The notes: generated by a model not told the origin, from the sequence alone. 64,000 nucleotides of DNA from Miltoncostaeaceae bacterium (GCA_963703045.1 OY969782.1:2157771-2221770); one strand, 5' to 3'. Shown: positions 1 through 10,131, numbered from the stretch's first letter. Numbers and translations are program-made.

Positions 1-1299
1 TGGCGATGAACCCGCTCGACGAGGGCCACCACGAGCTGCTCGTCCGGTGCCTCGCTCTCGGCGGCGACCGCGCGGCCGCGATCGCGCATGCCGACCGGTG
101 CGAAGCGCTCTTCCGGGAGGAGCTCGGGGTGCCGCCCTCGCCCGCCGTGCGCCGCGCCGCCTTCGCGGGCGCCCCGGAGTCGGCGCGCGGATCCCGGGCC
201 AGCGCCGCGACGGCCCGGGGGCAGCTCGAGGCGGGCGAGGCCGCCGCCGCCGCGGGAGCCGCCGAGTCGGCGGTCGAATGGCTGCGGCGCGCGTGCACCG
301 AGGCCGCCCGGTCCGGCGACGGCGCCCTGCGCGCGAGGGCCCTCGTCGCGCTCGGCACCACGCTCGTGCACGCGGTGCGCGGCCGCGACGAGGAGGGCGC
401 GGCCGTGCTGCACCAGGCGATCGCCGTCGCGGGCCGCGCCGGCGACCGCGCGAGCGAGGTCGCCGCGCGGCGCGAGCTCGGCTACGTGAGCGTCCAGGCG
501 GGTCGCCGCGAGAGCGCCGGGCGGTGGCTGGCGTCGGCGGAGGCACTCGCCCAGGGCGACGCCGAGATCGCCGCCGTGCGCGCCGTGCAGGGCATGAACC
601 ACTCCGACATGGCCGAGTACGGCGCCGCCATCGCCCGGTTCTCCGAGGCCGTCGAACGCGCCGACGCCTGCGGCGACGGGCGGCTGGCGGCGTGGTCGTT
701 GTCGCTGCTCGGCCGTCTGCACCTGCTGCGCGGCGACGACGCTCCGGCGTCCGAGGCCATCGATCGCTGCCTCGCCCTGGTCGACGACGAGCACTGGCTC
801 GCGTTCTGCCCGCTGCCCGAGACCCTGCGTGCGGAGCTCGACGTGCGCGCCGGCGACGTGGGCGCTGCCTCCGACCGGCTCGAGCACGCCTTCGGCCTCG
901 CGTGCCAGTTCGAGGATCCCTGCTGGGAGGCCCTGTCGGCGCGCGGCATCGGCCTGCTCGAGGCGCGCCGCGGCGACCCCGACGGCGCCCGCCGGTGGCT
1001 GGAGGACGCGCTGGCGCGCTGCGCGCGCTACCCCGACCGCTACGAGTGGGCGTACGGCCACGTGCTCGACGCGCTCGCCGGCGAGGCCGTCCGGGCGGGC
1101 GACCCGGCCGCGCGCGGGTGGGCGCACCGGCTCGAGGGCGCTGGCCGCCGCAACCGGCATGCGCGAGCTGGTCGTGCGCGCGCAGCTGCACCTCGGCCGC
1201 CTGGGCGCGCCGGGCGCGCTCGCGTCAGCGCGCCTACTCGCCCGCGACATCGACAACCCGGTGCTCGACCGCCTGCTCGACGGGGCCGTCCGGGACTGA
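1..1299 (+). CDS. SARP/AfsR-type regulator, C-terminal part (BTAD plus TPR-like helical region). The 5' end lies outside the window and the frame changes near 1134-1140.
   Basis: ORF 6..1370 opens inside a BTAD-like segment (HELLVRCLALGGDRAAAIAHADRCEALFREELGVPPSPAV). After about 1140 that frame loses its G/C third positions. The frame of ORF 829..1299 has about 50 of 53 codons ending in G/C (hand count) and ends ...MRELVVRAQLHLGRL...LDGAVRD stop. Confidence 0.6.
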
Positions 1300-1380
1300 G
1301 GGCGCCACGCCTCACACGCCGCCTCACACGCATCTCGGCGAGCCTGTCCCCACAGGGACATCCCGAATGAGGAGGACGTC

Positions 1381-2208
1381 ATGAGCACGACGACAGCCGG
1401 AGCCGCCGCGCTGAAGCAGCGGCACCGCGCGATCTGGGCCTCCGGCGACTACGGGGCCGTCGCCGAGGCCCTGGTGATGGAGCTCGGCCCGCTCATCGTC
1501 GACCGGATCGGCGTCGGCCCGCACGACGAGGTGCTCGACGTGGCGACCGGAACCGGCAACGCGGCGCTACCGGCCGCCGCCACGGGGGCGCACGTGGTGG
1601 GGCTCGACCTGACGCCCGAGCTGCTGCGCGTCGCCCGCCGCCGCGCCGGCGAGGCCGGGCTCGACATCGAGTGGGTCGAGGGCGACGCCGAGGACCTGCC
1701 CTTCGAGGACGGGCGCTTCGACGTGGTCGTCTCGACGCTCGGAGTGCAGTTCGCGCCCCACCACGCGCAGGCGGCGCGCGAGCTCGCCCGGGTGTGCCGG
1801 CCGGGCGGCCGGATCGGCCTCTGCAACTGGACCCCGCAGGGCTTCATCGGCCGCTTCCTCGCGACGATCGGCCCCTACATGCCGCCGCCGCCGGAGGGTG
1901 TCTCGCCGCCGCCGCCGTGGGGCAGCGAGGACCACGTGCAGGAGCTGTTCGCGGGGACCGGCGTGCGCGTCGTCTTCGAGCGCCGGACGGTCGACTTCCG
2001 CCACGACACGCCCGCCTCGTTCGTCGACTTCATGGCGACCGAGTACGGCCCGCTGATCGCCGCCCGCGAGCTGCTGACGACGCAGGGACGCTGGGACGAG
2101 CTGCGCGCCGCCCTCATCGCGCTCTGCGAGGAGGGCGACGCCGGCCGCGACGGCACGTTCCTGGTGCCGAGCGAGTACCTCGTCGTAGTCGGCGAGAAGG
2201 CGGCCTGA
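1381..2208 (+). CDS. class I SAM-dependent methyltransferase
   Basis: 275 aa with SAM-binding motif VLDVATGTGNAA followed by VVGLDLTPELL and DAEDLPFEDGRFDVVVS. An AGGAGGA RBS sits before the ATG. Confidence 0.85.
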   Translation: MSTTTAGAAALKQRHRAIWASGDYGAVAEALVMELGPLIVDRIGVGPHDEVLDVATGTGNAALPAAATGAHVVGLDLTPELLRVARRRAGEAGLDIEWVEGDAEDLPFEDGRFDVVVSTLGVQFAPHHAQAARELARVCRPGGRIGLCNWTPQGFIGRFLATIGPYMPPPPEGVSPPPPWGSEDHVQELFAGTGVRVVFERRTVDFRHDTPASFVDFMATEYGPLIAARELLTTQGRWDELRAALIALCEEGDAGRDGTFLVPSEYLVVVGEKAA

Positions 2209-2215
2209 GAGCCCG

Positions 2216-2824
2216 TCAGGCGGCCGCCACGAGGGCGCAGAGCAGGCCCACCGCCTCATCGTCCGCGAGCTCCTGCTCGCGGACGAGGGACCGCCAGGTC
2301 GAGAACGCGACCGCATGGCCGACCGCGGCCCGCTCGCGCGCCGCCGCGGCGCCACGGCGGCGCGGGCGGCCCGCCAACAGGGTCTGCCGCGCCGCCCGCA
2401 GGTACTCGTGGAAGACGGCGAACCGCTCGGCGATCAGCGGCACCACGGGTTCGTCGCGGTAGAGGCTCTCGAGCATCCCCCCGGTGCGCGCGTAGTACGC
2501 GTGCAGCTCCACGAGCGCCTTGCGCAGGCGCTCGCCGGGGTCGGCCACCGCCGCCCATGCGCCGAGGTCGGGCGGCGGGTTGGCCGCCGACCAGTGGGTG
2601 CTGCAGGCGTCGAACAGCGCCGCCTCGTCGGGGAAGTGGCGGTACAGCGTCAACCGGCGCACGCCCGCGTGCTCGGCAACGGCGCTCATCGAGGTGTACG
2701 CCGGGCCGAGCGACTCGTGCAGGGCCACCGCGCTCTCGGTGATCCGCCGCCGGGTGTCCTGCTGCAGCTCGGCGCGCCGGGTCATCCGGTAGGGGCGGAC
2801 GGCTCTCTCATCGGTCTGGCTCAT
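2216..2824 (-). CDS. TetR family transcriptional regulator
   Basis: HTH segment TSMSAVAEHAGVRRLTLYRHFPDEAALF. Start placed at the internal MSQTDER (cat at 2822-2824). Confidence 0.85.
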   Translation of the reverse strand: MSQTDERAVRPYRMTRRAELQQDTRRRITESAVALHESLGPAYTSMSAVAEHAGVRRLTLYRHFPDEAALFDACSTHWSAANPPPDLGAWAAVADPGERLRKALVELHAYYARTGGMLESLYRDEPVVPLIAERFAVFHEYLRAARQTLLAGRPRRRGAAAARERAAVGHAVAFSTWRSLVREQELADDEAVGLLCALVAAA

Positions 2825-2909
2825 GTCGCACCCGGCATGTTGACGCACCGCGGACGATGCCATTATTCTATCGAACAGCAGTGTACGACGAAATAGGGAG
2901 GACGAAGCG

Positions 2910-3425
2910 ATGACCGTGACCTACGAGAGCCGGGTCCTCGGACCCGCCGAGGGCCGCGCGGGGTTCCTCGGCTCCATCGGCGTCCGATTCATGGTGGACG
3001 GCGACCTGACCGGCCAGGGGTTCTCGCTCGTCGAGCACCCGATGGGCCCCCATGCGCTCGCGGCCCCGTTGCACCGCCACAACCGCGAGGACGAGTACAG
3101 CTTCGTGATCGAGGGACGCATGGGCGCCCTGCTCGGCGACCAGGTGCTCGAGGCCGGGCCGGGCGACCTCGTGTTCAAGCCCCGCGGGGAGTGGCACACC
3201 TTCTGGAACGCCGGCGCGGAGCCCTGCCGCATCCTCGAGATCATCCAGCCGGCCGGCTTCGAGCGCTTCTTCGGCGAGATGCTCGACATCGGGGGCCTCG
3301 ACGCCGCTCCGGAGGCCATCGGCGCCCTCTGCGCCAAGTACGAGCTCGACATGCAGCCCGACTCGGTGCCGGGGCTGGTGGAGCGCTTCGGGGTGCGCCT
3401 CGGCGTGCCGCCCGTCGCGGCGTAG
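2910..3425 (+). CDS. cupin domain protein
   Basis: 171 aa with cupin-type motifs HRHNREDEYSFVIEG and GDLVFKPRGEWHTFWN. Divergent from the TetR gene. Confidence 0.8.
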   Translation: MTVTYESRVLGPAEGRAGFLGSIGVRFMVDGDLTGQGFSLVEHPMGPHALAAPLHRHNREDEYSFVIEGRMGALLGDQVLEAGPGDLVFKPRGEWHTFWNAGAEPCRILEIIQPAGFERFFGEMLDIGGLDAAPEAIGALCAKYELDMQPDSVPGLVERFGVRLGVPPVAA

Positions 3426-3642
3426 GGCTCACGACCCCCGGGCCGGCGCGGTCGCCCCGACGCCGCCGGCCCGCCGTCGTCGCCCGGGTGCGCCCGCGGC
3501 GCGTTCCCGGTCGGGGGAGCGCCAAACGGCATCCGCCGGGCGACGATCCGCGACGACCTCGCGTTCCCGGGGTTGCTTCCGTCTGGCCGTCCGGGGCACA
3601 GGACGAGCACGCGGCACCCGCCGCATCGTCATGTGAGGAGGA

Positions 3643-3897
3643 ATGGACATGAAGGGTCTCGACGGCGTGACCATGGCCGTGCTGATCGTCGGTGGCCTGA
3701 ACTGGCTGCTCGTGGGCCTGTTCGAGTGGGACCTGGTCGCCTGGATCTTCGGCGGCATGGAGTTCGGTGAGACCAACGTCGCGTCGAGGATCGTCTACAT
3801 CGCCGTGGGCGTCTGCGCGCTCTACTGGATCCCCCGACTGCCCGCGCTGCTCGGCCGGGCGGACCGCGACCGGCACACGACCGCCACGGCGCGTTAG
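3643..3897 (+). CDS. DUF378 family small membrane protein
   Basis: 84 aa. LIVGGLNWLLVGLFEWDLVAWIFGG...SRIVYIAVGVCALYWI matches the DUF378 pattern. A GAGGAGG RBS lies upstream. Confidence 0.8.
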   Translation: MDMKGLDGVTMAVLIVGGLNWLLVGLFEWDLVAWIFGGMEFGETNVASRIVYIAVGVCALYWIPRLPALLGRADRDRHTTATAR

Positions 3898-3967
3898 TCG
3901 GACCGGGGGGACGGGGTCCGCCGGTCCCGTCCCCCCGATCCGCCCGCGCGGCGACCGGCGCGCCCCA

Positions 3968-4405
3968 CTAGGCCGGGGGCGGCGTCATCAGCACGGCGGG
4001 GTCGATGTACTCGGTCTCCTCGGCGATCAGCCCGTCTCGCACCCGGTAGATCGAGACCGCCGGCACGTCGACCGCCTCGCCGCGGGCGGGCCACGCACCC
4101 CAGTCCTCGCGATGGGTGCCGGTGAGGTGCCACTCGAGCCACGCGGTGTCCGGCGGGCCCTCGCCGACCCGCAGCACCTCGACCCTCAGGTCGGGGACGG
4201 CGACCATGAACCCGCGGATGCGCTCGCCGATCGCCTCACGCCCCGTGAACCGCGGGAAGCGCGCGCCGCCGGCCGTGGCGCGCGCGAGGATGCGGCCCTC
4301 GCGCACGCCGTCCTCGGCGAAACAGGCGGCGCAGGCGCCGGCGTCCATCCTGTTCCAGGCGTCCATGTAGGCCAGCGCGGTCTCGCGCGGGGTCCGGTCC
4401 GGCAT
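3968..4405 (-). CDS. SnoaL-like / NTF2-fold protein (ester-cyclase-like)
   Basis: 145 aa. The N-terminus ALAYMDAWNRMDAGACAACFAEDGV and the C-terminus VSIYRVRDGLIAEETEYID are typical of SnoaL-like domains. Confidence 0.75.
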   Translation of the reverse strand: MPDRTPRETALAYMDAWNRMDAGACAACFAEDGVREGRILARATAGGARFPRFTGREAIGERIRGFMVAVPDLRVEVLRVGEGPPDTAWLEWHLTGTHREDWGAWPARGEAVDVPAVSIYRVRDGLIAEETEYIDPAVLMTPPPA

Positions 4406-4430
4406 CTCGGGTCTCCCGTGTCGGGGTGTC

Positions 4431-5501
4431 TCAGCCGTCCGCTGCCCGGCTCAGGGCGTCGTCGAAACCGGGGTTGCCGGGGTGGTAGGTCATCTCGCGG
4501 TTGCGCCGCACGACCGGCTCCGCGAGCGCCTCGCCGGCCGCGGTGCGCCCGATCGGCCGCAGGTGGCGCTTCCTCCAGACGGCGATCCGGTAGAAGACCC
4601 CACCGCCGAACGCGGCGTAGCTGTCACGGATCGGCCCGCGCCAGGCGTCGCCCGGGACCGGGTCGGGGCGGATCGCCAGGCCCGCGGCGCGAGCCTCGTC
4701 GCAGATCCACTCCCGCGCGAGGGACGAGAGGGGGTTGTCGGTCTCGGGACGCGGCGTGCCGCCGCCGCCGACGTTGCCGTGGCTGCCCGCGAACCACCGC
4801 TGCACGCAGCTCGTCGAGTGGCCCTCGACGGGCCGCGGCACCCCGTCCCAGAGCGTCGCGACGAAGTGCGGGCGCTGCTCGTCGATCGCGACCGCGTGGC
4901 GCGCGACGTCGACCAGCCCGCTCAGCTTGGTGTCGTGGAACTCGTAGCGGCCGCGGGTCAGCGGGCGCAGAAGCCCTCCGGGGATGCCGAGCGCGCCGAC
5001 CGTGTCGAAGACGCCGACGAAGCGGATGCGGGCCAGCGTCGACCGCTCGAGCATCAGCCGGTCCTCGTCGTCGCGCGGCGCCGACTCGCCCCGCTGCATC
5101 TCGTTGAGGCCGGGACGCGCCACACCCTCCCGGTAACGCGCGAAGACGCGCGAGGCGGGCAGGTGCCGGTCGGGGATGATGCCGCAGCGGGCGATCATGC
5201 CCGCCAGGCTCCGTGCCGTGAACGCGCCGCGGCTGTAACCGAACAGGTAGATGCGGTCCGTGGGTCCCGTGTAGACCCGGGCGATGTCGGCGTAGGCCTC
5301 CTCGATCTTGCCGTTGAGGCCATGGCCGAAGAGGCCCCCGCGCAGGCGTTGGCCCATGGCCGTCCCCACCCCGCCGCTGTAGAGCGTCTCCTGGCGGACG
5401 CCGTCGCCGTCCGCCGGCGCGACGCGGCTCGCGATCTGAGCCACGTTCGTGTGCGTGTGGGGCTCGTTCCAGGTGCCGTCGAGACAGACCGCGATGTTCA
5501 T
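4431..5501 (-). CDS. DUF2235 (Tle1-like alpha/beta hydrolase) domain protein
   Basis: 356 aa with NIAVCLDGTWNEP, the nucleophile-elbow-like LFGYSRGAFTARSLAGMI, and VGVFDTVGALG. Confidence 0.75.
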   Translation of the reverse strand: MNIAVCLDGTWNEPHTHTNVAQIASRVAPADGDGVRQETLYSGGVGTAMGQRLRGGLFGHGLNGKIEEAYADIARVYTGPTDRIYLFGYSRGAFTARSLAGMIARCGIIPDRHLPASRVFARYREGVARPGLNEMQRGESAPRDDEDRLMLERSTLARIRFVGVFDTVGALGIPGGLLRPLTRGRYEFHDTKLSGLVDVARHAVAIDEQRPHFVATLWDGVPRPVEGHSTSCVQRWFAGSHGNVGGGGTPRPETDNPLSSLAREWICDEARAAGLAIRPDPVPGDAWRGPIRDSYAAFGGGVFYRIAVWRKRHLRPIGRTAAGEALAEPVVRRNREMTYHPGNPGFDDALSRAADG

Positions 5502-5607
5502 CCGTCCACCCCCTGCCGAAGGCCGGCCGCGACCCTGACGCTATATCGCCCCATCGCGGGCGGTCACCCCCCGGACGCGGATGCGTCCGGCGGGGGGTGA
5601 CGGATCG

Positions 5608-5964
5608 TCAGAAGGTGATGATCTCGTAGCCCTTGTCCAGCAGGGTCTTGATGCTCGGGTGCCCCTTGTACTCGTCGAGCAGCTTCACGCCGCACGCGAC
5701 GACCTCGTCGCGCACCTCGAACGCGTTCGAGCAGTAGTCGCACGCGCCGGCGACGATCGCCTCCAGGTCGGTGTAGACCTCGTGGTAGGGGTGGTCCTCC
5801 TTCGACAGCTCGGGCACCCAGCGGGTACCCGCCCCGTCGAAGATGATGCAGACCTCGTCGCCCGCGTCGCGGAACTCGCCCGCCACGCGCATCGCGTTGA
5901 CGACGCGACCGAGGTCGCCCTTGGTCTCGGTGTCCGCCAGGACGACGATCGCCGCCTTGCTCAT
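5608..5964 (-). CDS. DsrE/DsrF-like family protein
   Basis: 118 aa from the internal MSKAAIVVLADTETKGDLGRV... (cat at 5962-5964). A small alpha/beta protein with a conserved Cys region, GACDYCSNAF. Confidence 0.6.
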   Translation of the reverse strand: MSKAAIVVLADTETKGDLGRVVNAMRVAGEFRDAGDEVCIIFDGAGTRWVPELSKEDHPYHEVYTDLEAIVAGACDYCSNAFEVRDEVVACGVKLLDEYKGHPSIKTLLDKGYEIITF

Positions 5965-6286
5965 ACGACCTCCCCGCTCGTGACCGCCCGGTGCGGTCTC
6001 GACGAGAGGTTCCCCGGTCCGGCACTCGCGACGCCCGTGGCGCCGCGACCGCCCCCGCCGTCGCGGCACGGAGTCCGACGGCGGTGCGGCGGGCATGGCC
6101 GTGGGACCAGGAGGACGAGGACGCGGCGTGACGGGGGGGATCGCACGCGACGCGACTCCACCCCGGCTCGAGGCGCGCACGACCCCGCGCTGTTCGACCG
6201 CATCCCGGCCGAGGCCGTCGCCCGCACGTCCGGCTGTCGGCCTCGGCGGGCACCGTTCGTCGTCCCCCCGCCGCCGCCGCCGGCGG

Positions 6287-7159
6287 TCACCGCACGTCGC
6301 GCGACTGCGGCAGCCTCGCCGAGCCCCGCCTCGCGGGCTTCGCCGAGGGGGGCGGCACCACCGGACCGATGTCGCCGTCGGGGGCGTCGTCGAGGTCGAC
6401 GACGACGGGCGCGTGGTCGCTCGGCCCCGTGCCCTTTCGCGCCTGGCGGTCGACCCAGGCCGCGCGTACGCGTCCGGCGACCGGCTCGGACGCCAGCGCG
6501 AGGTCGATGCGCATGCCGAGGTCCTTGTGGAACATGCCCGCGCGGTAGTCCCAGTAGGTGAAGATCCGCTCCGAGGGCCAACGCTCGCGCACCACGTCGC
6601 GCAGGCCGAGCGACACGAGCTCGCCGAGCGCGGCCCGCTCGGGCGGGGTCACGTGCGTGTGGCCGGCGTAGGCGTCGGGGTCGAAGACGTCGGCGTCGGT
6701 GGGGGCGATGTTCATGTCGCCGGCGACGATCACCCCATCCGGGCCGGCTGAGACGACGTCACGCAGCGCGGCCAGCCACGCGAGCTTGTAGCGGTAGTGG
6801 TCCGAGTCGGGCCGCCGGCCGTTCGGGACGTAGACCGAGTGCACGCGCACCCCGCCGCATGTCGCCGCCACGGCGCGCGCCTCGGGGACCTCCCAGTCGG
6901 GCGCGCCGTCGAGGCCGGCCACGACATCGTCGAGCCCCACCCGGGAGAGGATCGCCACCCCGTTCCACTGGCCCTGGCCGTGCGCGGCCACCGCGTAGCC
7001 GCGGCGGGCCAGCTCGTCGCCGAGCAGCTCGTCGAACGCGGCGTCGGCGATCTTCGTCTCCTGCAGGCACACGACGTCGGGGCTGCGCTCATCGAGCCAC
7101 GGCAGCAGGCGCGGCATCCGCTGCCGCACCGAGTTGACGTTCCAGGTCGCGATCCTCAT
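6287..7159 (-). CDS. xthA: exodeoxyribonuclease III
   Basis: MRIATWNVNSVRQRMPRLLPWL...VVCLQETK...GDMNIAPTDADV...SDHAPVVVDL. Only the C-terminal 290 aa of track ORF 6287..8266 is genuine. Confidence 0.9.
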   Translation of the reverse strand: MRIATWNVNSVRQRMPRLLPWLDERSPDVVCLQETKIADAAFDELLGDELARRGYAVAAHGQGQWNGVAILSRVGLDDVVAGLDGAPDWEVPEARAVAATCGGVRVHSVYVPNGRRPDSDHYRYKLAWLAALRDVVSAGPDGVIVAGDMNIAPTDADVFDPDAYAGHTHVTPPERAALGELVSLGLRDVVRERWPSERIFTYWDYRAGMFHKDLGMRIDLALASEPVAGRVRAAWVDRQARKGTGPSDHAPVVVDLDDAPDGDIGPVVPPPSAKPARRGSARLPQSRDVR

Positions 7160-7263
7160 GGGGTACGCCCCACCATACGAGCGGCGCGGCATCGAGGGCC
7201 GCCCCGGCGCTCGCGCATGTCCCACGAGCGGTGGCGGTGGTGGACGCGGACCGCGCCCGGCCC

Positions 7264-8424
7264 TCAGCGCCGGCCCGGTCCCACCGCGGCGTCCGCCCGC
7301 TCGTCGGGCGCGACGGGCAGCATCCCCCTCGGCACACGTGCGGCCAGGCGCCATCCGCCCGCGGGGTCGGGCCCGGCCTCGAGCGTGCCGCCCTCGTCCT
7401 CGACGCGGTCGCGCAGTCCGCCGATGCCGGTGCCGCCACCCGCGCCGCCGAGCGCCGACTCGCCGCGTGCCGGACCGCTCAGCACCTCCACCTCGACCGC
7501 ACCGGGGCGCCCCTCGACCCGCACGGCGACGTCGGCGCCGGGCGAGTGGCGCAGCGCGTTGGTGAGTCCCTCCCGTACGACCCGGTACGCGAGCTGCGCC
7601 GCCGCCGGCGAGAGACCGTCGCGATCGCCCGCGAGGGTGAGCGTCACGGCGAGCCCGCTCGCCGCCGCCCGCCCGACGAGCTCCTCGACGATCACGAGGT
7701 CGGACGCCTCCGCGTCGGTGCGGACATCGGTCAGCAGGTGCACCAGGCGGCCGATCTCGCTCTCGGCCTGGCGCGCGGCGTCGGCGATCACCTCGAACGT
7801 CTCGGCCGCCGCCGAGTCGTCGCGGCCCACGAGGCGCTGGCCCGCGCCGGCCTGGACGACCATCACGCTGATGGCGTGCGCCACGATGTCGTGGAGCTCG
7901 GAGGCGATGCGGGCCCGCTCGTATCGCACCGACAACGCCACGTACGCGTCGCGCTCGGCGTCGAGCTCCCGCACCCTGACGGCGAGCTCGGAGGCCACCA
8001 GCGCGCGGTCGCGCAGGGCGCGCCCGGCGCCCCACGCCGCGAGCGCCGTCATCGGGAACGGCACGAGGTTGTCCTCGCCGACGACGGGCGTGACCACGGC
8101 CAGCGCCACCACGACGACCAAGCCGACGACACCCGCACGCCCTTCGTCGAACCGGGCGCCGATGAACCCGACGACGCCGAGCAGCGGCAGGTGGATCAGC
8201 GCGTCGCCACCGGGCAGCAGCCAGCCCGGGATGGTGGCGAGGGTCAGGACGGCTCCGACCACCCACGCGACGCGCGGCGCGGCGCGCGCGATGGCGAGCA
8301 CCACCCCGATGGTCGCCGCGGCCGCCAGGCTCGCCGGGCCCGCGACCCCGGCGGCCAGGGCTCCGGCGGCGGCGAGGCCGCCGCCGGCGATCCCGGCCGC
8401 CAGGTCGCGCCGAGCCGGCGTCAT
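7264..8424 (-). CDS. NarL-class sensor histidine kinase (HisKA_3 type)
   Basis: N-terminal hydrophobic segments, H-box ERARIASELHDIVAHAISVMVVQAG, N-box REGLTNALRHS and G2-like GTGIGGLRDRV. The start MTPARR (8424) lies 1 nt after the stop of the upstream paralogue. Confidence 0.8.
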   Translation of the reverse strand: MTPARRDLAAGIAGGGLAAAGALAAGVAGPASLAAAATIGVVLAIARAAPRVAWVVGAVLTLATIPGWLLPGGDALIHLPLLGVVGFIGARFDEGRAGVVGLVVVVALAVVTPVVGEDNLVPFPMTALAAWGAGRALRDRALVASELAVRVRELDAERDAYVALSVRYERARIASELHDIVAHAISVMVVQAGAGQRLVGRDDSAAAETFEVIADAARQAESEIGRLVHLLTDVRTDAEASDLVIVEELVGRAAASGLAVTLTLAGDRDGLSPAAAQLAYRVVREGLTNALRHSPGADVAVRVEGRPGAVEVEVLSGPARGESALGGAGGGTGIGGLRDRVEDEGGTLEAGPDPAGGWRLAARVPRGMLPVAPDERADAAVGPGRR

Positions 8425-8425
8425 C

Positions 8426-9556
8426 TCAGGCCGCGACGAAGATCGGCAGGGAGACCAGGGCCTCGGTGCGGCCGGCGTCGCTGGTGGTCCGGACGTCGCC
8501 GTGGTGCAGGCGCGCCCGCTCGCGGGCACGCTCGATCGCGGCGGCGCCACGGCGCCGCATCGGCCCGGACACCCGCAGCTCGAGCGCCTGGTCGGCGAAG
8601 CGGACGTGCACCTCGACGCCGGGCGCGTCCCGGATCGCCTCGAGCAGGTGCTCGCAGACCCGGTACGCCGACAGCTCGACGCCGGCGGGCAGGACGCGCG
8701 GACGGCCCTCCACGGTCAGCCGCGCGCCCGGACCCTTGCTGCGGACCAGCAGGGCGTCGAGCTGGGTGAGCGTCGGCTGCGGGGCGGTCGCGGCATCGGC
8801 CTCGTCGTCGCGGAGCACCCCGACCACCGACCGCATCTCCTGCAGGGTGGCGCGGGCGTCGCGCTCGATGCGCCGGAAGGCGTCCCCGGCGACGTCCGGG
8901 TCGGCGTCGCCGCCCATCTCGGCCAGCCGGGCGAGCTCGCCGAGCCGCCGCTGGAGCAGCGCGTCGAGCTCGACGGAGAGGCGCTCCCGGTCGCCGGCGA
9001 CCTCGAGGCGCGCGTGCTCGTCGCGGGTGCGACGGAGCTCGACCGTCCGGGCCTGCAGCTCGCGCGCCATCCGGCCTCGCGAGCGGACGAGCAGCCCGAT
9101 CCCCCAGAGGACCGCGGTGAGCGGCGCGACGAAGGTGATCGCCCCCGCATCGGCTCCCGACGGCTCGTCGGTGATGCAGACGAGGATGCCGACGCCGAGC
9201 GCGACCGCGAGAGCGGTGATCGAGGCGCCTCGATCGAGCCGGACGCCCGCCGAGAAGACGAGCACGAACGCGACCGACAGCACGGGGCCGCAGCGGATGA
9301 CGCTGTCGCCGAACAGGGCGACGTGCACCAGCAGCCCCGCGAGCGTGGCGGCGAGGGCGGCGAGCGGCGCAGCCCGCCGCCAGAGGAGCGGGACGGTGAA
9401 GGCCAGTGCGAGCGGCGCCGCGAACGCGCTCACGTCCATCGCGTCGTCCGCCGCCTGCGTGAGCGTGAACGCGACGGCGACGAGGCTGACGAGCCCTGCG
9501 AGGACGATGTCGCGCCTGCCGATCGGTTCGCCTGCGGATGTCATGGATCGGAGCAT
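8426..9556 (-). CDS. histidine-kinase-like membrane protein lacking the phospho-accepting His (pseudokinase paralogue)
   Basis: Same architecture as the 7264..8424 kinase, but the H-box position reads RERLSVELDALLQRRL (no His). The N and G boxes are degenerate (CEHLLEAIRDA, VSGPMRRRG). Start MLRSM follows an AAAGGA RBS. Confidence 0.65.
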   Translation of the reverse strand: MLRSMTSAGEPIGRRDIVLAGLVSLVAVAFTLTQAADDAMDVSAFAAPLALAFTVPLLWRRAAPLAALAATLAGLLVHVALFGDSVIRCGPVLSVAFVLVFSAGVRLDRGASITALAVALGVGILVCITDEPSGADAGAITFVAPLTAVLWGIGLLVRSRGRMARELQARTVELRRTRDEHARLEVAGDRERLSVELDALLQRRLGELARLAEMGGDADPDVAGDAFRRIERDARATLQEMRSVVGVLRDDEADAATAPQPTLTQLDALLVRSKGPGARLTVEGRPRVLPAGVELSAYRVCEHLLEAIRDAPGVEVHVRFADQALELRVSGPMRRRGAAAIERARERARLHHGDVRTTSDAGRTEALVSLPIFVAA

Positions 9557-9786
9557 GGCGGTGGGGGTGTCCTTTCGTAAAGAGGATCCCGGCCGGGCGG
9601 GGATGGGCGCAGCGTCGGCCCCCGGGCCGCCGCCGTCGTCACCCGCACGGATGATCCGCCGCCCCGCCGCTCGTCGCGGCGGGTGATGCCGCAGGCACGG
9701 GGTGCGGAGATGCTGGCGTCGTCGGTCGATCTTGGATCCGGTTCCGCGACCCACTACGACGGATCGGGCGCCGGGAAGGAGACGCC

Positions 9787-10131
9787 ATGTCCCACACCTG
9801 CACCGCCAGGAGCGCCGACCTTCGACGCTGCGCCGTGCGGCTCGTCCTCGCGACCGCGATCCTCGTGGCCGCGGCGGCGTGGCTCGGCGCGCCCGGCCCC
9901 GTGGGGGCGGCGCCGCGTGGCGTGGTCGTGAGCCCGGACGGCCGCTCGTTGTACGTCGCCTCCACCACCGACGACTCGGTCACGCACTTCGCCCGCGACG
10001 CGGAGGGGCGCCTGTTCGATCGCGGCTGCGTCGGCGACGGCACCCCCGGCTGCATCCAGGTCACATCGCTCGACACCGTCGGCACGGCCGGCCTGCCGCT
10101 GCGGGCGAGCGTGACGGTGCGGGCGCGGTAG
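9787..10131 (+). CDS. small secreted protein with one lactonase/beta-propeller-like repeat
   Basis: 114 aa with an AAGGAG RBS 5 nt upstream and a signal-like RLVLATAILVAAAAWLGAPGPVGA. Contains VVSPDGRSLYVAS and has high G/C third positions. Confidence 0.6.
   Translation: MSHTCTARSADLRRCAVRLVLATAILVAAAAWLGAPGPVGAAPRGVVVSPDGRSLYVASTTDDSVTHFARDAEGRLFDRGCVGDGTPGCIQVTSLDTVGTAGLPLRASVTVRAR

Noticed and set aside
3426-3642. 217-nt leader upstream of the DUF378 gene with a repeated gcgttcccgg motif; considered as a riboswitch
   Set aside because: I cannot match it to any known riboswitch consensus by eye, and two 10-nt repeats are weak evidence in DNA this GC-rich.
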